64,000 nucleotides of DNA from Octopus bimaculoides (taxonomy: Eukaryota), in NCBI RefSeq assembly GCF_001194135.2, contig NC_068996.1:53040050-53104049 (forward strand). Reading direction: 5' to 3'. This document shows positions 50,490 to 64,000 of this stretch, piece by piece. A model generated the notes under the pieces. That model worked only from the letters and a program-made list of their open reading frames with translations, ran no database searches and was not told the DNA's origin. The position numbers and the translations under genes were made by a program. Every line of letters starts with the position of its first letter. The stretch's first letter is position 1.

Positions 50490-51929
50490 ATACTCAAGTC
50501 TATTGCACTGCCAAAATGCTCTCTTTGAGATAGCATGTTAGCAGTATTTTGAGCATGTGTCTGTGTGTGTGTACAGCAGACTTCTACATGATTCCTGCTG
50601 ATGAAATTCCACTCACAAGATTTTTGTCAACTGTAAGTTAAAACAAAAGATACTTGTCCAAGAATCCACACAGTGGGACTGAACCGAAAAACCATGTGAT
50701 TATGTGTTTTGGTTTTATATCATTTCACTGTAAATCATTGAAGCTACTTTTTCTTAAGAACCATTTGTAAAACAAGAGAGATGATGTGTTGAAAGAAATA
50801 ATTCATTGAAGATTCGGTACCTTTCAGTTTTGAGAGCTTCTTATCTTGATATTCTGTGATCAAGGCAGTGTGCTGCCAGAAACGTTTGCATTCCAGGAAA
50901 AATGCCTAGTGGTACTTCGTCAAAAGGTTACTAGGGGTTCTGTGAGAAAGAGTGAGATAAGCTAATGCTAATTTCATGATCGTAATATTAATATACATGC
51001 ACAACATATTATTGGTTATTGTAATATTGTAATATAAGCAAGGCGGCAAGCTGGAAGAAATGGTAGCACGCCGGATGAAATGCTTAGCAGACGTTAAATG
51101 ACGATGATGATGATAATGATGATATTTCATCTGTCTTTACACATTGAGTTCAAATTCCACCAAGGTCGACTTTGCCTTTCATCCCTTCGGGGTCAATAAA
51201 TTAAGTACCAGTTGCATACTGGGTCGATCTAATCAACTGGCCCCCTCCCCAAAAATTTCGGACCTTGTGCCTAGAGTAGAAAAGAATATTCTGTGATGAA
51301 ATTCTAGTCAAATTTGGTTATTAACGAAAATGGCAAAAGTTTCTGATTGTTTTATTCACAGTTGGGATTTGAAAGTGAGGGAAATTGGTTAGCAATGTCA
51401 AAAAGTTGACTTCCTTGGGAATAGGATGCTCTCACTCATTTGGCACTCCACCATTTATGATGAGGAGGGTTCCAGTTAATCCGATCAATGGAACAGCTTG
51501 TTCATGAAATTAACATGCAAGTGGCTTAGTACTCCACAAACACTCCCTACTCTTAACGCAGTTCTTAGGGAGATTCAGCATGAAACAGAATGTGACAAGT
51601 CTGGCCCCTTTGAAATACAGGTACAACCCATTTTTTGCAGCTGAGTAAACTGGAGCAATGTGAAATAAAGTATCTTGTTCAGGACACAACACACCACCAG
51701 GAACTGAACTCACGACCTTATGATTGTGAGCCAAACACTCTCACCACTAAGCCATGTGCCTTCACTCTCACCTATTTAGTGATTTAGATGTATCCCTAGT
51801 GAAATAGTTCTGGAGTGCATTGTTTAAATGCAAGGAAGGGTAAGACGGATTAGAGATAGAGATATAGATGTAATATCGCATACTAGAAAAACCCTACTGT
51901 TCAACAAAGGTTTGGCTTGGATCAAGCAA

Positions 51930-52340
51930 ACTGACCAGTAGGCTCATTTGGCATGTGAATATCTGCAACCTCATAGGATTATATATACTGGACATATTAA
52001 CAAAGAGGTTTTCATCAGTCCTTTTTGGTCTATAAAGAGATGATGGTTTAGCTATCTCTAAGGGCACTAACAGAGACACCCTAGATGAACTATGGAAGGG
52101 CCTGATTCCCATGCTTAGCTCCATTGGTCTTAAGATTACAATTGAGACCAATTTTACCACTCGATTTGGGTATCTGTTTAAAAAGGCCTCACTGCAAGAA
52201 AGAACCTTCCAAAAGGTGTCAAGAGGACTTCAAACCTGTCCTTAAATAGAGATTTTTTATGCTGCACCCCACCCCCATTACAATGAGGCTCTGATGTCCA
52301 GTGGGTTTTAAGGACCACATCTCCTTTATACCGGGACCTA
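51930..52340 (+). mobile_element. Second Penelope-like RT fragment
   Basis: ICNLIGLYILDIL..FGL*RDDGLAIS..IGLKITIETN (GLYRDDGL with Y changed to a stop at 52033). Confidence 0.8.
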
Positions 52341-54682
52341 ATTCCCACAAAAGAAAGCATCATTGTAAGGTCATTTGGTTTTCCCCACCTTTTTCACTCA
52401 ACATCAAGATCTGCATGGAAAGGATCTTCCTTAGATTAGTGGACAAGCATTTCACACAATCCCATAGGTATGGACAATGATTTAATAGACACGACTTAAG
52501 GGTTTCATTCAGCTATAACATGCAATTAAAAGTCAAAGTCTATATAATGGTTAAACTTCTTAATCACTGATGATTTTGTCCTAGAAAGACCACAGTCATA
52601 ATAGTTAATTCAGTCTCCTTAAGCTTGGACTGACTTTCTCCCCATAAAGCTAAAAGTTATTGAAATACATCTGGAAAGGTCCTGCTGCCCAACACACAAA
52701 TTTCCTAGACAACATCCAAAAAGAATGCCATCTGTTTGATTGGCAAGGAATCTTTCACCAACACATTTAAGTGTTGTCTTCTCTCACTCTTCTTTTTCTG
52801 TCAATACTACAATGTCCCCTGCTCTTCTAAGCTCAGACTCACTGCATCCAGACTAACCCCACCACTGCACATACATTCATTAGTGAGTCCAATTCTTTCT
52901 TCTCATAACTTCAAACCTCTAGGATTCCTTACCTGCCTTCATGCATGTGTGTGTCTTCTTTCTCCATAAATGTTCAAACCAAATACAAAACCCCAGAGGG
53001 CCTATGAAGGTCACAGGCAGTTCCTTCTTCGCTAAGACAGTAAATTAAAAGATTAGTGCACACGTGGATTTAAGTATCGAATTTAGGGAAAGATAATCTT
53101 ATCAGACAGAATTGCATTTTGAATTTGAAGTCTTAATCTGGCAATGATTAGACAACGGACAATACTTAACGAAATTTGAGAGTAATGATAATCGGATCTT
53201 GAGGATAAACGGCATCATATTGGTAATATGCATGTACGTATGTATGAATACATGAATGTGTGCACGTATGTATTGTATGAATGAATTGTATGTATGCATG
53301 TATATATATATATATATATATTGTATGAACATATGTATGGATGATAACACGTATGTATGCATTCACATACGTGTGTGTGTGTGTGTGTGTGTGTGTGCAT
53401 CTGTGTGTATGTATGCATGTATGTGTGAGTGTACGTATGTGTGATTGTGTGTAAATGGAAGTGCACGTGCGCGCGCGTAGCAATTTATAAACAAGCTGGA
53501 GTTCTTCAAATTCAAATACTTGTGGATTTTAAACAAGGAAATAAAAAAGAAAACCAAAAGTACACGCACTTCTAATCGAATCACATGAATTAACGACAAG
53601 TCACAAGTAAAAATGTTTAAACTTGTAAAATGTAAAACAAAACAAACTCGAATATAACCTGATGAATTTGTCGATAGAAATATATCGCAATTACTGCACT
53701 AGTTGAATGAATGACACTATTATTTAAACGAGCTAAATTGATGTAAGGCTAATTGTCGAATGTGGCTGATATAAATAAACATCAGAATGCGACTAATTAA
53801 TGAAAAGTTTATTTATTTATTTATTTATGAGATCAAACAAATCCGCTGTAACGTAAAATAAGAGACGATGAGATCAATACAAAAAGAAGAGTGAGAAAAA
53901 TAGAAAGGAAGTTTGAGATCGATAGAAAAACTGAGCAAAGAGTGTGTGAGATAAGGCGTGAAGGAAATGACAGGTAAAACAATAACCCATATCACCAGCA
54001 AGGTAAAAAAAAAGACATATTGGCAAAAAAGAAAGTGTAAGAGAGACTAATAGAAGAATAAGGTGTACGAATTTGTAGATGAAAGGGAGGAAGAAATGAA
54101 AGAGACAGAGGAGAGAGATAGAGGAGGGAGAATGCTGGAGAAGGGGTGAGAATAGTAAGAGAGATGAAAAACGAAAGTAATAAGAGAGGAAGAGCGAGAA
54201 TAGAGAGAGAGAACTGGGGTGATGCGGGAATAGTGAAAGAAAGAGATAGGAGAAAATTAATGAGGGAGAAGATGAGAGAGTGAGTGATAGAGAAAGATAG
54301 AGAGTGACTGAGAGAGAAAGTGAGTGAGAGAGACAGACAGATAGTGTGTGTTAGAAAAGAGAGAGATTGAGAGAGAGTGACAGGAACTGGTGTGTTTTAA
54401 ACAGGAAGAGGCAAAACCTCGTCTGTAGTTCCTAGACTGCTGCTACCAACTGTAATATTCATAAGATAGACAACAGTTGGAAGACATAAAGACTCCTCCT
54501 CTGTTGCTGCTGCTGCTGCCGCCACCACCACCGTCACCATCAACAACAGCACTGACTTAGAAGAAAAAGAAAAAGAAACAAATAATAAACGGTGCACAAC
54601 AGAGAGAGAACAAACAAACACCAGCGGGAACTAATAACAATTATACAGAGGCAGACAGAAAGAAATTGAAAATTAAACCGAC

Positions 54683-54734
54683 ATGTCAAGTGAAAGTGTC
54701 GAGACCATCTTTCTGTTCGTTCCGAACCTGATAG
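54683..54734 (+). CDS. CDIPT: Phosphatidylinositol synthase, first coding exon; no second exon found in the window
   Basis: ATG exon MSSESVETIFLFVPNLI-G ends at a phase-1 AG|GTAAGT donor. IFLFVPNLIG is the characteristic PIS N-terminus. Confidence 0.85.
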
Positions 54735-55040
54735 GTAAGTTAGAAACATGTGAATGAAACATGTTGGAGTTTTATTGTTGAGTTGTTGCTGAATGTTGTT
54801 GGTGGTAGTTGTTGTTTCCAGTCTTCATTACATGGTAAACAAACCATATTGGTGTTGTTGCCTCGATACATATTAAATGTTTGTTTATATTAATTTTGTC
54901 AAATGAGTTGGATGAAGGTCAAATTAATTCACTTACATCGTTTCGGTTAATTGATATTATCCCTATAACATTTTATTCCTATAGATTCCATCACAGGATT
55001 CTACAGAGAGAGAGAGAGAGAGAGAATATAAGGAAGTGTA

Positions 55041-55104
<64 letters not shown>

Positions 55105-55212
55105 AATAATAAGGGTAGAAATTGATATTAATCAATTAAAACCAGTAGATGATTCGGCATCTATTTCTAGCATATAGGAGTCCACTTTTGCTGGTCATTC
55201 CTCTTATTTTTG

Positions 55213-55248
<36 letters not shown>

Positions 55249-56849
55249 AACACATATATTCGGTATTGTTTTAGTCTGTTGGCACACACATACACGCACA
55301 ATGTTTTGATCTGTTCTCTCTCTCACACACACACGTGTATGTGTGTGTGTGTGTTTTGATAATCAAAATTAACGTCTTTCTTGATTTCAGGCTGGCTTCT
55401 GTTGATTTTATTTTTAACAGACTTAAATGGATGTTTTGTGTAATAATAATGATAAATACGGTGTCAGTAATTGAACTGAACAATGGTAACTTAATTTATT
55501 CTTGATTCCACAAACATCCCCTTTTAAAGTAAGGGGTTATGTGTATATACATATATATGTGTGTGTGTGTGTGTGTGTATCAGTTGATTTAACAGCAGTA
55601 TATAACTGGTATATTTATTGATTTCCAGTACAACGAGAAGTTGAATAAAACGAAATATATTCAGTTTTAGTTTCATTAGTAATAATTCATTAACGTTCTC
55701 TGTTTTTAATCTATCGACACCATTTGCAGAATATTTGGAATTGAATATTTTACATGATTACTGTAAAAATGGTGATTTTCGACTGTCTGCGAGTTGCTAT
55801 TATAATTTATTCAATGTCAGATTTGTATTTGATAACATTTGTTGATCTCTAAGCTCATTTTAAACTTACTATTTTCAGTTTAATCTAATATGATTAATCA
55901 TTAGATGGATGGATGATAGATGATGGATGATTGATAGATGGATGATTGATAGACAAATAGATGGATGATAGATAGAAAGACAGACAATATGAGATAGATG
56001 TACATGATTTCATCTGTTGAATATTTTGTGGATTCATTCATAGCTAAATACCTAAATATTTTACACACATTGTGTTTGTATACATGAATCTATCCTCTGT
56101 CTCTCTATTTATCGATCTTTCTGTGGATATTTCGATGTTAAATATTGTTTGATATGGCTTGGACATTTTTTTTATAGATAAGCAAATATACATATGCGAC
56201 GGAATCGACTCAAAATTGTTGATATTTATTTTATCGACCATTGTAAATCATCTAGTTCGATGCTGTACTCTGGTTTATCATCTTCCATGCTCTTGTATCA
56301 TTTTGCTAGAGTTATTTTGAAACTAGGTATCAAAATAGTATTGTTTCCTGTATTGTGTATATCGATAAGCCAAATACGCATCGAACTGTTATTGGGCTGC
56401 GAGATTTAAATGGATTAGATTCAGATGTGGTGATGATGATGGTGGTGGTGGTGGTGGTATATGTGTGAGCGCGTGTGAACGACAGGTAGTCATGGCCCGA
56501 ACAAGTGATTATTTTAATTCTTTTTTCAGTTGCACTGGTTGGTTAATCTACCATATCTGTTAGGTTGGCCCATTTACGTTAACACACCCTCATACATAAA
56601 CACACACGTAGTTCTGGACTGGAATTAAAGCCCTATATATATATATATATTATAATTTAGGGTACTTTCTGGTTATTTTTTACTTTGTTCGTAGTATGAT
56701 GAAGATACGTTAAATTGTAAACATACTACAATTTAATATATATATGGGTGGAAGGTATGTAGGTAGGTGGGTATACATGCACAAACACACTATTTTAAAG
56801 AATGGATTGTGACATTGTATTTTGTATATGATGATCATTCCCTTTTTTT

Positions 56850-59080
56850 ACTGACTTTGGAGGACAAGAAAGATCTGAGAAGAAGAGGAGGAGGAAAGTC
56901 CAGGGGTATGAATTTGTGGGGACGAAGGATTGGATAGATTGGTTAGTGCAAGGAAAGAGTGGTTGGACGCATCAAGGGTAACGAGAGGTGGAGACAAGTG
57001 GGACGGGGGTTGGCTGAGTGGTGGAGGTTCGAGACCAATCTGCTCCAAGGATCAGAGATTATTATAGTAATGTCAAATTACGTAAAGGATTCGGCACAGC
57101 ATACCTGTGGGCTAGGGGCTGGAGTGTGTCCGTTATGGAATTCCAACCAGTCAAGTGGTCCTTTTGGGTGCGAATCACGATGTCAGTGTGTGAATGGGTG
57201 GGAGGTTGCAACATCGTCCCAGATGTGGGTGCAATAGTCTATTGTGGATCTCACATGAACCTTATAGAACGTCAACAGATGTTTGGGAACCGAAATATTT
57301 TCTGGTCTTGAAGATAAGGGCTAGTTTTTTTTTTAATGTAGTCCTAGATATGCTAAGAATGAATTTTTACCAAAACTGACCCTCACTAATAGTGAGACCC
57401 ACATTTGGATCGACTGTGTGGGCTCTTGCTGAGAGCTGCTCATGTTTAGTGTGTATGGGGGCTATGGTGCAGAGGTGCTTTCGTAATATGAGTAGTGTTT
57501 GAGGGCTGTTTATTATTTTCTTTTCTGTTAAATGAGACAAACTTGGCATAGTCCCATTGGAGATTGAAGATCTCTTTATGGAATCAATGCAAGTTTGGCA
57601 TGTGGCATATAGGTTGCATGTATATGATGCATGATTAAGGAAGTTTAAAGATGAATGACAGGTTGGTCATCGGCAGAAGAGTGGGCCTTTTTGGATGTGG
57701 CAGTAAGAGATTGGTGCATAGAAAGGAACCAACACCAGAATTGTTAGGGAGTAGAACAGTAAAAGCTTTGTTAAGACATATTGTAATGGTGTGATTTATT
57801 GGAAACTGCTGATTCAAGAGATAAGGAACCCATTAGGAGTTTTTAATGGAAGATTTGCTTGCCAGATATGGTTGAAGGCTTTGCTGAACTTCTCTCAAGC
57901 AAAATCCCATTGTTGGACAACATAAGAGAATTGGTCTCCTGTAGATCTGGCTTTGCATAAGCCATATTGATTGTCACTGGAGAGAGAAATTCAAGGTGTT
58001 GAAGAATGTCTTGTAATGGCTGTCTTCATTTCCTTAGAGATGTTTGAGGTGAGAGTAACAGGGCAGTAGTTGGATGGGTCAGAAGGGTTACCTCTCTTTG
58101 GAATACTGAATCACATTTCTGAATGTCATTGTATATCCTTGAATAAAGTGAGAGATTAGAGTTTGGTGAGTATAAGAGCAAGTGGGACAATGCAATGTTT
58201 GAGTGTAATGAAAGAAACATTATAAGGACCAGTGGATTTGTTTGAAGCAGCTGGAATTTTTTCTTCACTTGGCTTGTGTATATAAGTGGGGTGGAGTGCC
58301 TATTGGAATAAAAGGGGGTAGATTGGCTAAAGTGTGTAGAGGTTACATTCTTGAGTCATACTGAGTCATAAGGGGCTGGTTTCCCTGTTTTCCCACCTGA
58401 ATGGGACGCCAGTCCCTCTCAAGATTACTCATTTTTGCCAGCTGAGTGGACTGGAACAAAATGAAATTAAGTACCTTGCTCAAGAACACAACACGTCACC
58501 TGGTCTAGGAATTGAAACCATGATCTTATGATCATGAGTCCTACACCCTAACCACTAAGCCATGCACCTCCTAAGGTGTGTAGAGTAGAAGTGTATGCAA
58601 AATGGGCAGAACAGGTAGAAGCTTTCTCTATGAAGGTACAACTTACAGAGCCATTGTTGTTTAGACGAGGAGGAAAAGAGGATTCTAAGGTTGGTGGAGA
58701 TCCTTTTGGCAAGGGACCAGAAGGATGAGTTACAGTTTGGGAAATGGGGGAAAGTTTGAGGGTCTTGTGATACACAAAGGCATCTTTTGCATATCAGACT
58801 AGATAAGTATAGTATGGGGCTGGAATACAAAAAGAAGGTGAATTGTTGTAAAGAGATGGGAAGAGCAAGGAATTCAGCTTCTGAGATGTCTGTGAGATTC
58901 CTAAAGAGTTGTGAGTATTGAAGTCACCAAAAAGGATGACTTCAGAGAAGGGAGAAGAGAGACAGAAGAAGTCCTTAATATAGGAGAACTGGTCAAAGGG
59001 TTGTTTATGGTGTGAGTAGCTCAAGGAGTGATAGAGGAAGATGTACTTAGAAGGAATAAGAGAGGGGAAACTTTGAACCA
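56850..59080 (-). mobile_element. Degraded CR1/Jockey-group LINE (APE + RT), interrupted by a SINE at ~58330-58570
   Basis: VILFGDFNTH (APE, ~58900) and FYKVHVRSTIDYCTHIW (~57219-57269). Confidence 0.75.
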
Positions 59081-59433
59081 GAATAACTGGAAGTCATTTA
59101 TGCCAAAATCTAAATGAAAAAAAAGGAAAATTAAGATTAGTTATATGTAGGTAATGTATCCTCCCCTGGAAGACATGATGCAGACCGTAAATCCCGTACA
59201 ATCTCACCTGCTGTGGGTCAGTACTTCCCCACCAAATGAACTCATGGCCACATGGTTGAGAAGCAAGCTTTTTGACTACACAGCCATACCTGTGCCTGTA
59301 TGTGTATGTACACATGGAGCAATGTCAAATGAAATGTCTTGCTGAAGAGAAAAAACACATTGCCACTCTGGGAATTGAAACTACAGTCTTGCAATCATGA
59401 GTGCAACACCCAAACCTTATTTGACCTCGTGCC

Positions 59434-59475
<42 letters not shown>

Positions 59476-59733
59476 TGATATATATTTATATATGTGTGGT
59501 ATGTTTGCTTCCCAACCACATGGTTCCAAGCTCAATTGCATTGCATGGCATCTTGAATAAGTGTCTCCTACTATAGCCCTGAACCAACCAAAGCCTTGTG
59601 TGAGTGGATCTGGTAGACAGAAACTGAAAGAAACTCAGCATGTGTATGTATGTATGTATGTATGTATGTATGTATCTGTCTGTCTATGTATAGTATAGTA
59701 TAGTATAGTATAGTATAGTATAGTATAATATAG

Positions 59734-60441
59734 TAGGTTGAGTAAAAAGTAAGCAACATCTTGAACCATGAAGAATTTGTACTGGATTTGTGCAGAGATT
59801 AGAATTTTTGTTAAGCATTTTTTTGCAATTGTCTGAAAATACAGACGTAGACTTGCTCAAATACCTCAATAAATTAACATTAATATTTCTTTTGCCATTG
59901 TTATAATCATCTGAAACGGAACTGTCAAAGCACAATATTTGAGCAATTTTGCTGTTCAACTTCAAAATAGGACATAAAGTAGCTGAAACTGCTTGCGATA
60001 TCAACGAAATGGTTGGTGAGGAAATGACCAGTGAGTGGTCAGCTTGAAAATGGTTTAAACGATTTTGCAGTGGAGACCTGAACTTTGAAGATCGTGAGTG
60101 TAGTGGACACCCATCTGTCATCGATAACAGTCAATTATAGACCATCATTGAGAAAGATCCATGTAAAACCACTCGAGAACTGGTAAAAGAACTTCAAGTC
60201 AGCCAGAAAACAGCTGGCAACCATTTGCATGCGATTGGAAAATCAAAAAAGCTTGATAAATGGGTATTACACAATTTGAAGAAAATCAGAAAATGCACAG
60301 ATATGAAATTTACTCATCACTTTTTCTCCATAACCAGACTGTTCCATTTCTCAACCGTATTGTAACTTGTGATGAAAAGTGGACTCTGTACAATAATAAA
60401 AAACGTTCTTCGCAGTGGTTGGACCAAAATGAAGCACTTTC
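59734..60441 (+). mobile_element. Mariner element, 5' half, degraded
   Basis: TIR-like taggttgagtaaaaagtaa; LLFNFKIGHKVAETACDIN..KWFKRF..SGHPS..KKLDKWV..FLNRIVTCDEKWTLYNN. Confidence 0.9.
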
Positions 60442-63030
60442 GTAGAGGTAGTTGCATTGAGATGGGGAGATAGCTTTTTCTTTTTAATTCTGGTTAGGTA
60501 AGATATGAAATTGTCTGTACAGCTATAATTTACTTTGAGGTTGTATCTATTAAAAATTTTGTGTAAGTTATGGTCACTTGAGAAGTGTCTGTTTATTACA
60601 TTTACGAAGGCTCTGGCAATATTTGGTTCTAATGTTTAAACTTTTTCTTTTTCTCCTAACATTTAAGTGTCCTTGTTGAGGGATGTATTTTATCCTTTTG
60701 CTAAAGTCACTTCTTCTCATGGTTTCATCATCAAATATAGCAACACAGTCAAAAATTTCCGTATTGAATAATATTTTTGATACTTTTTTTTACTAATGTT
60801 ACAAGTCCTTGAAGATGTTGGGTGGGTGAAAAGTAGTTTTATTAATGTAATGTATGATCTTGTTCTATTTTCTATAGGGGCTGTAAGTTTCTAGTACTAG
60901 GACCATAGTGAGGTCTAAAATGTTTTCTATGTTACTGTTTGTACTAAGAGTAATTCCGAGGACAAAGCTTTTAAACTCATCAAGTCTTTTTTTTTTATGT
61001 CATTCTAATTGGTACCCATTTTTATTGAATGGTGTTGTAAGATCATCATCTCAAGACAATCCTAATTCTATAAAGTTAAATCTGGATATTGCATTGTCTA
61101 AAATAAATAGACCTATAAGGTTGCAGATTTCTGCTCAATCATAGCCTCCCATTAGAACATTGAAAAATTCTGGTCCATTATGTTTTACCCAGGAAATTTT
61201 GTCAAAAGATAGGAGTGACTTTCTGTTATGCATAATGAAATCTATGTCCAGGCCTGAAATTGTGACATACCTGCAGGCAAAATTTAAGGCTTTTATTAAT
61301 AAGTTCTCAGCGATAGAAAGGTAAAAATCATATCAAACCAGTCTGTCTGTCACCAAGGAATATATATACACATATATTTGTGTGTGTGTGTGTGTGGCAG
61401 ATGATAAATATTCCTGACAGGCTGTGATTGTGGAACAGCTTTGCTTGTTGCATAAAGCAGTGACAATATTGGCAGTAGTTACAACACTACAACTCTCTCC
61501 TCCTCCTCCTCCTCCTCTGAAATCAGTAGAGTTGGTCAGTTGTCAATCAATCCCACTTTTACTATTTAAAATGTCAAACATCCATCACATTTCATTTGTG
61601 TAATATCAATGAAATATTAATTGCACAAATTTTAATAACAACATTCGTTAATGGATATGTGCAGCTCTTTACATTCTGAGTTCAGATTCCACCAAGGTGG
61701 ACTTTGCCTTTCATCCTTTCAGGGTCATTAAAGATTAAGTACCTGTTGAGTACAAAGGTCAATGTAAATGATTAACACCTTGTTGCCAAAATGAAATTTG
61801 CATTAATGGATATGTGTGTGTGTATCTGCTTCTATGTAACCCTGACCACCATCTCTGTCATTATACATTTTCTCTCTCTCTCTTCACCACAAACTTCCTT
61901 TACCTGTCTACCCCTACCTATAATCTTCTTATTTCTCATCTACCTGCAGTGTTGTTATACTGCTACTCTTTACTCTTTATCTATGGTCATTTATCACAGC
62001 CTTTCCTGAGTCAATTCTAATTTTTATCAGCTTCCCACCTGCAACTCACATTTACCAGCTGTCTCACCTCTACCCTTGCCCACCATTCACTATGTTCACC
62101 TCTATCTCTATCTGTTTCTCATTCTCTCCTCACACTCTTCCCAATCTTTCCTGTTCTCTCTTACACTCACCTTCTGCCTTCAGTACACCCTCACACGTCA
62201 TCACCATCATCTTTACTTCTTTCTCCACCTGCTCCCACCTGTCCTTACATAATACAAGATAGTCATATATCTCTCCAAGAGCAACACACATCTACCATAA
62301 TTTATCTTCTCAACACCTCCCATAAAGCCATCTCTGTCTCTCTCTTCTACAACCCCACTCTGTTGAAGGGGCTTTTTTTTTTTTTATATCTTGTGAGTTA
62401 ACATGGTAATATCATCTGTACCTGTGTCTCAAAAAGAAGCACTCAGTTACACTCTGTAAAATGGTTGGCATTAGGAAGGGAAGCATCCAACTATTGAAAC
62501 CATGTCAAAGCAGACATCGGAACTTGATGCAGTCTTCCATATTGGATCCTATTAAACTGTTCTACCCTTGCCAACATGGAAAGCTTAAATGATGATATGG
62601 TGTTAGGAAGGGCATCCAGGTGTAGAAACACTGCCAAATCAGATTGGAGCCTGGTGTAGCCATCTGGTTTCACCAGTCCTCAGTCAAATCGTCCAACCCA
62701 TGCTAGCATGGAAAGCAGATGTTAAACGACGATGATGTCAGTTTTGATTATTTTGATTAACACTTATCTCTCAACGTTTTTAGCCTTGTGCCTTAATCAG
62801 AACCTAATGATGATAACAAGGTGGTGAGCTGGAAAATCATTAGCACATTGGGCAAAATACTTAGCAGTATTTCATCTGTCCATATGTTCTGAGTTCAAAT
62901 TCTGCTGAGGTCGACTTTGCCTTTCATCCTTTTGGGGTAAGTAAAATAAGTACGAGTATAATATTGGAGTCAATGTTATTGACTATCTCCCTCCCCCAAA
63001 TTCCAGGCCTTGTGCCTATAGTAGAAAAGA

Positions 63031-64000
63031 TTATTATTATTGTTATTCAACATTTGGTAGTTTCAGGCAAGTTTCTACTGCACCACCAACTACACCTTCA
63101 TGTTGCTGGGGTGTGTGCAGCATTGTGTGCTCTTTTTTGTTGTTGGGAGTGTGAAAACTCTTCCTGGTATTTTATTGTGTCAGTTTCTTTCCTTCGTGGG
63201 GTGTGCTGCATTCTTTGTTGTACTAGTGTTTGTATTGTGAATTGTGTGTGGATATCTAGCCTGTTGGTGATAGTTTATTTCATTGGATATTTGCTATATC
63301 GAGTGTATCTTGTGTTTGTGGGTTGTTTTCTTTGGGTTGTATTATTTAATTGATGGTGTCTTACTTAGAATGTGGGCTGTTCCTAACAGAGCTATCTTTT
63401 TGAATAGTGTGTAGTGTTGAGGATCCAGGTGTAGCTTCTACATTTTTGTTCATATCTTTTATTATCATTCCCACTGTACCAGTTATTACTGGTATTGTTT
63501 TCACCTTTATGCCCCACATCTTGAATATTTCAATTTCAAGGTCTTTGCACTTTGACAATTTCTCCACTTCTTTTTGGACAACATTTTGGTCAGAAGGGAT
63601 TGCAATGTCTATCAGTAAGCAGGTGGATTTTTGTCTGGGCAATTAGTTTTTATTTCTTTCTTTGAACAGGTATTGTTGCCTGGTCATTGTCATTTACTTC
63701 GTCTGGCACATGTTTATACCTTTTCTTGTTAGTTTTTATGTTTTAATGTTGGTATATTGTTCAGTGGATAAAATTACTTACTCGGTTGTGTCTGTATATA
63801 TATTCAAATTTGACAAGGACTGGACAGCCAGAGACGATGTGGTTGACTGTCTCATTGAGCTGATTGCACATTCTGCATTTGGTATGAGATCCTGTTTTCA
63901 TTATTTTGCTTTTATAGTTGTTCGTAGTGAGGCATTGGTCTTGTGCCGTGAGAATCAGTCTTTCTGTTTCGGCTTTTAGTCCAGAGCTTTTGAACCATTG
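63031..64000 (-). mobile_element. R4/Dong-like non-LTR retrotransposon 3' end (CCHC + RLE) with (TAA)n tail
   Basis: KCRMCNQLNETVNHIVSGCPVL..RHNRV..CLLIDIAIPSDQNVVQKEVEKLSKCKDLEIEI..IPVITGTVG; tail ttattattattgttatt at 63031-63047. Confidence 0.88.

Noticed and set aside
62964-63353. 129-aa hydrophobic plus-strand ORF
   Set aside because: Antisense to the 3'UTR of the R4/Dong-like element; hydrophobicity reflects TG-rich composition.

Overview
AT-rich, repeat-dense animal genomic DNA with six N gaps. The SINE/RTE families and (TA)n/(GAT)n content point to an octopus (inference). Four conserved spliced genes can be built by hand: the last 8 exons of DDOST/OST48 (+, 150-7228), a CEP15/C3orf14-like gene (+, 22569-27114), a complete POLD4 (-, 40561-30832) and the first coding exon of CDIPT (+, 54683-54734). 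The rest is mostly transposon debris: RTE, CR1-group, CRE-like, R4/Dong-like and Penelope-like retroelements, a solo LTR, mariner and maT transposase remnants, MITEs and tRNA-derived SINEs. The most interesting signal is a set of minimal hammerhead-ribozyme motifs with palindromic stem III. Two sit in the arms of a fold-back element whose loop is a tRNA-like Pol III head (45519-45937), and a perfect 70-bp palindrome at 4541-4610 is built from that element's post-cleavage tail. A separate hammerhead fold lies at 43504-43548. Also notable are a telomere-repeat-carrying MITE with a 9-bp TSD, RFX X-boxes at a probable bidirectional promoter, and a near-perfect hairpin in a POLD4 intron. No CRISPR array, rRNA or intact tRNA gene was seen. 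All homology calls come from recalled motifs, not database searches.
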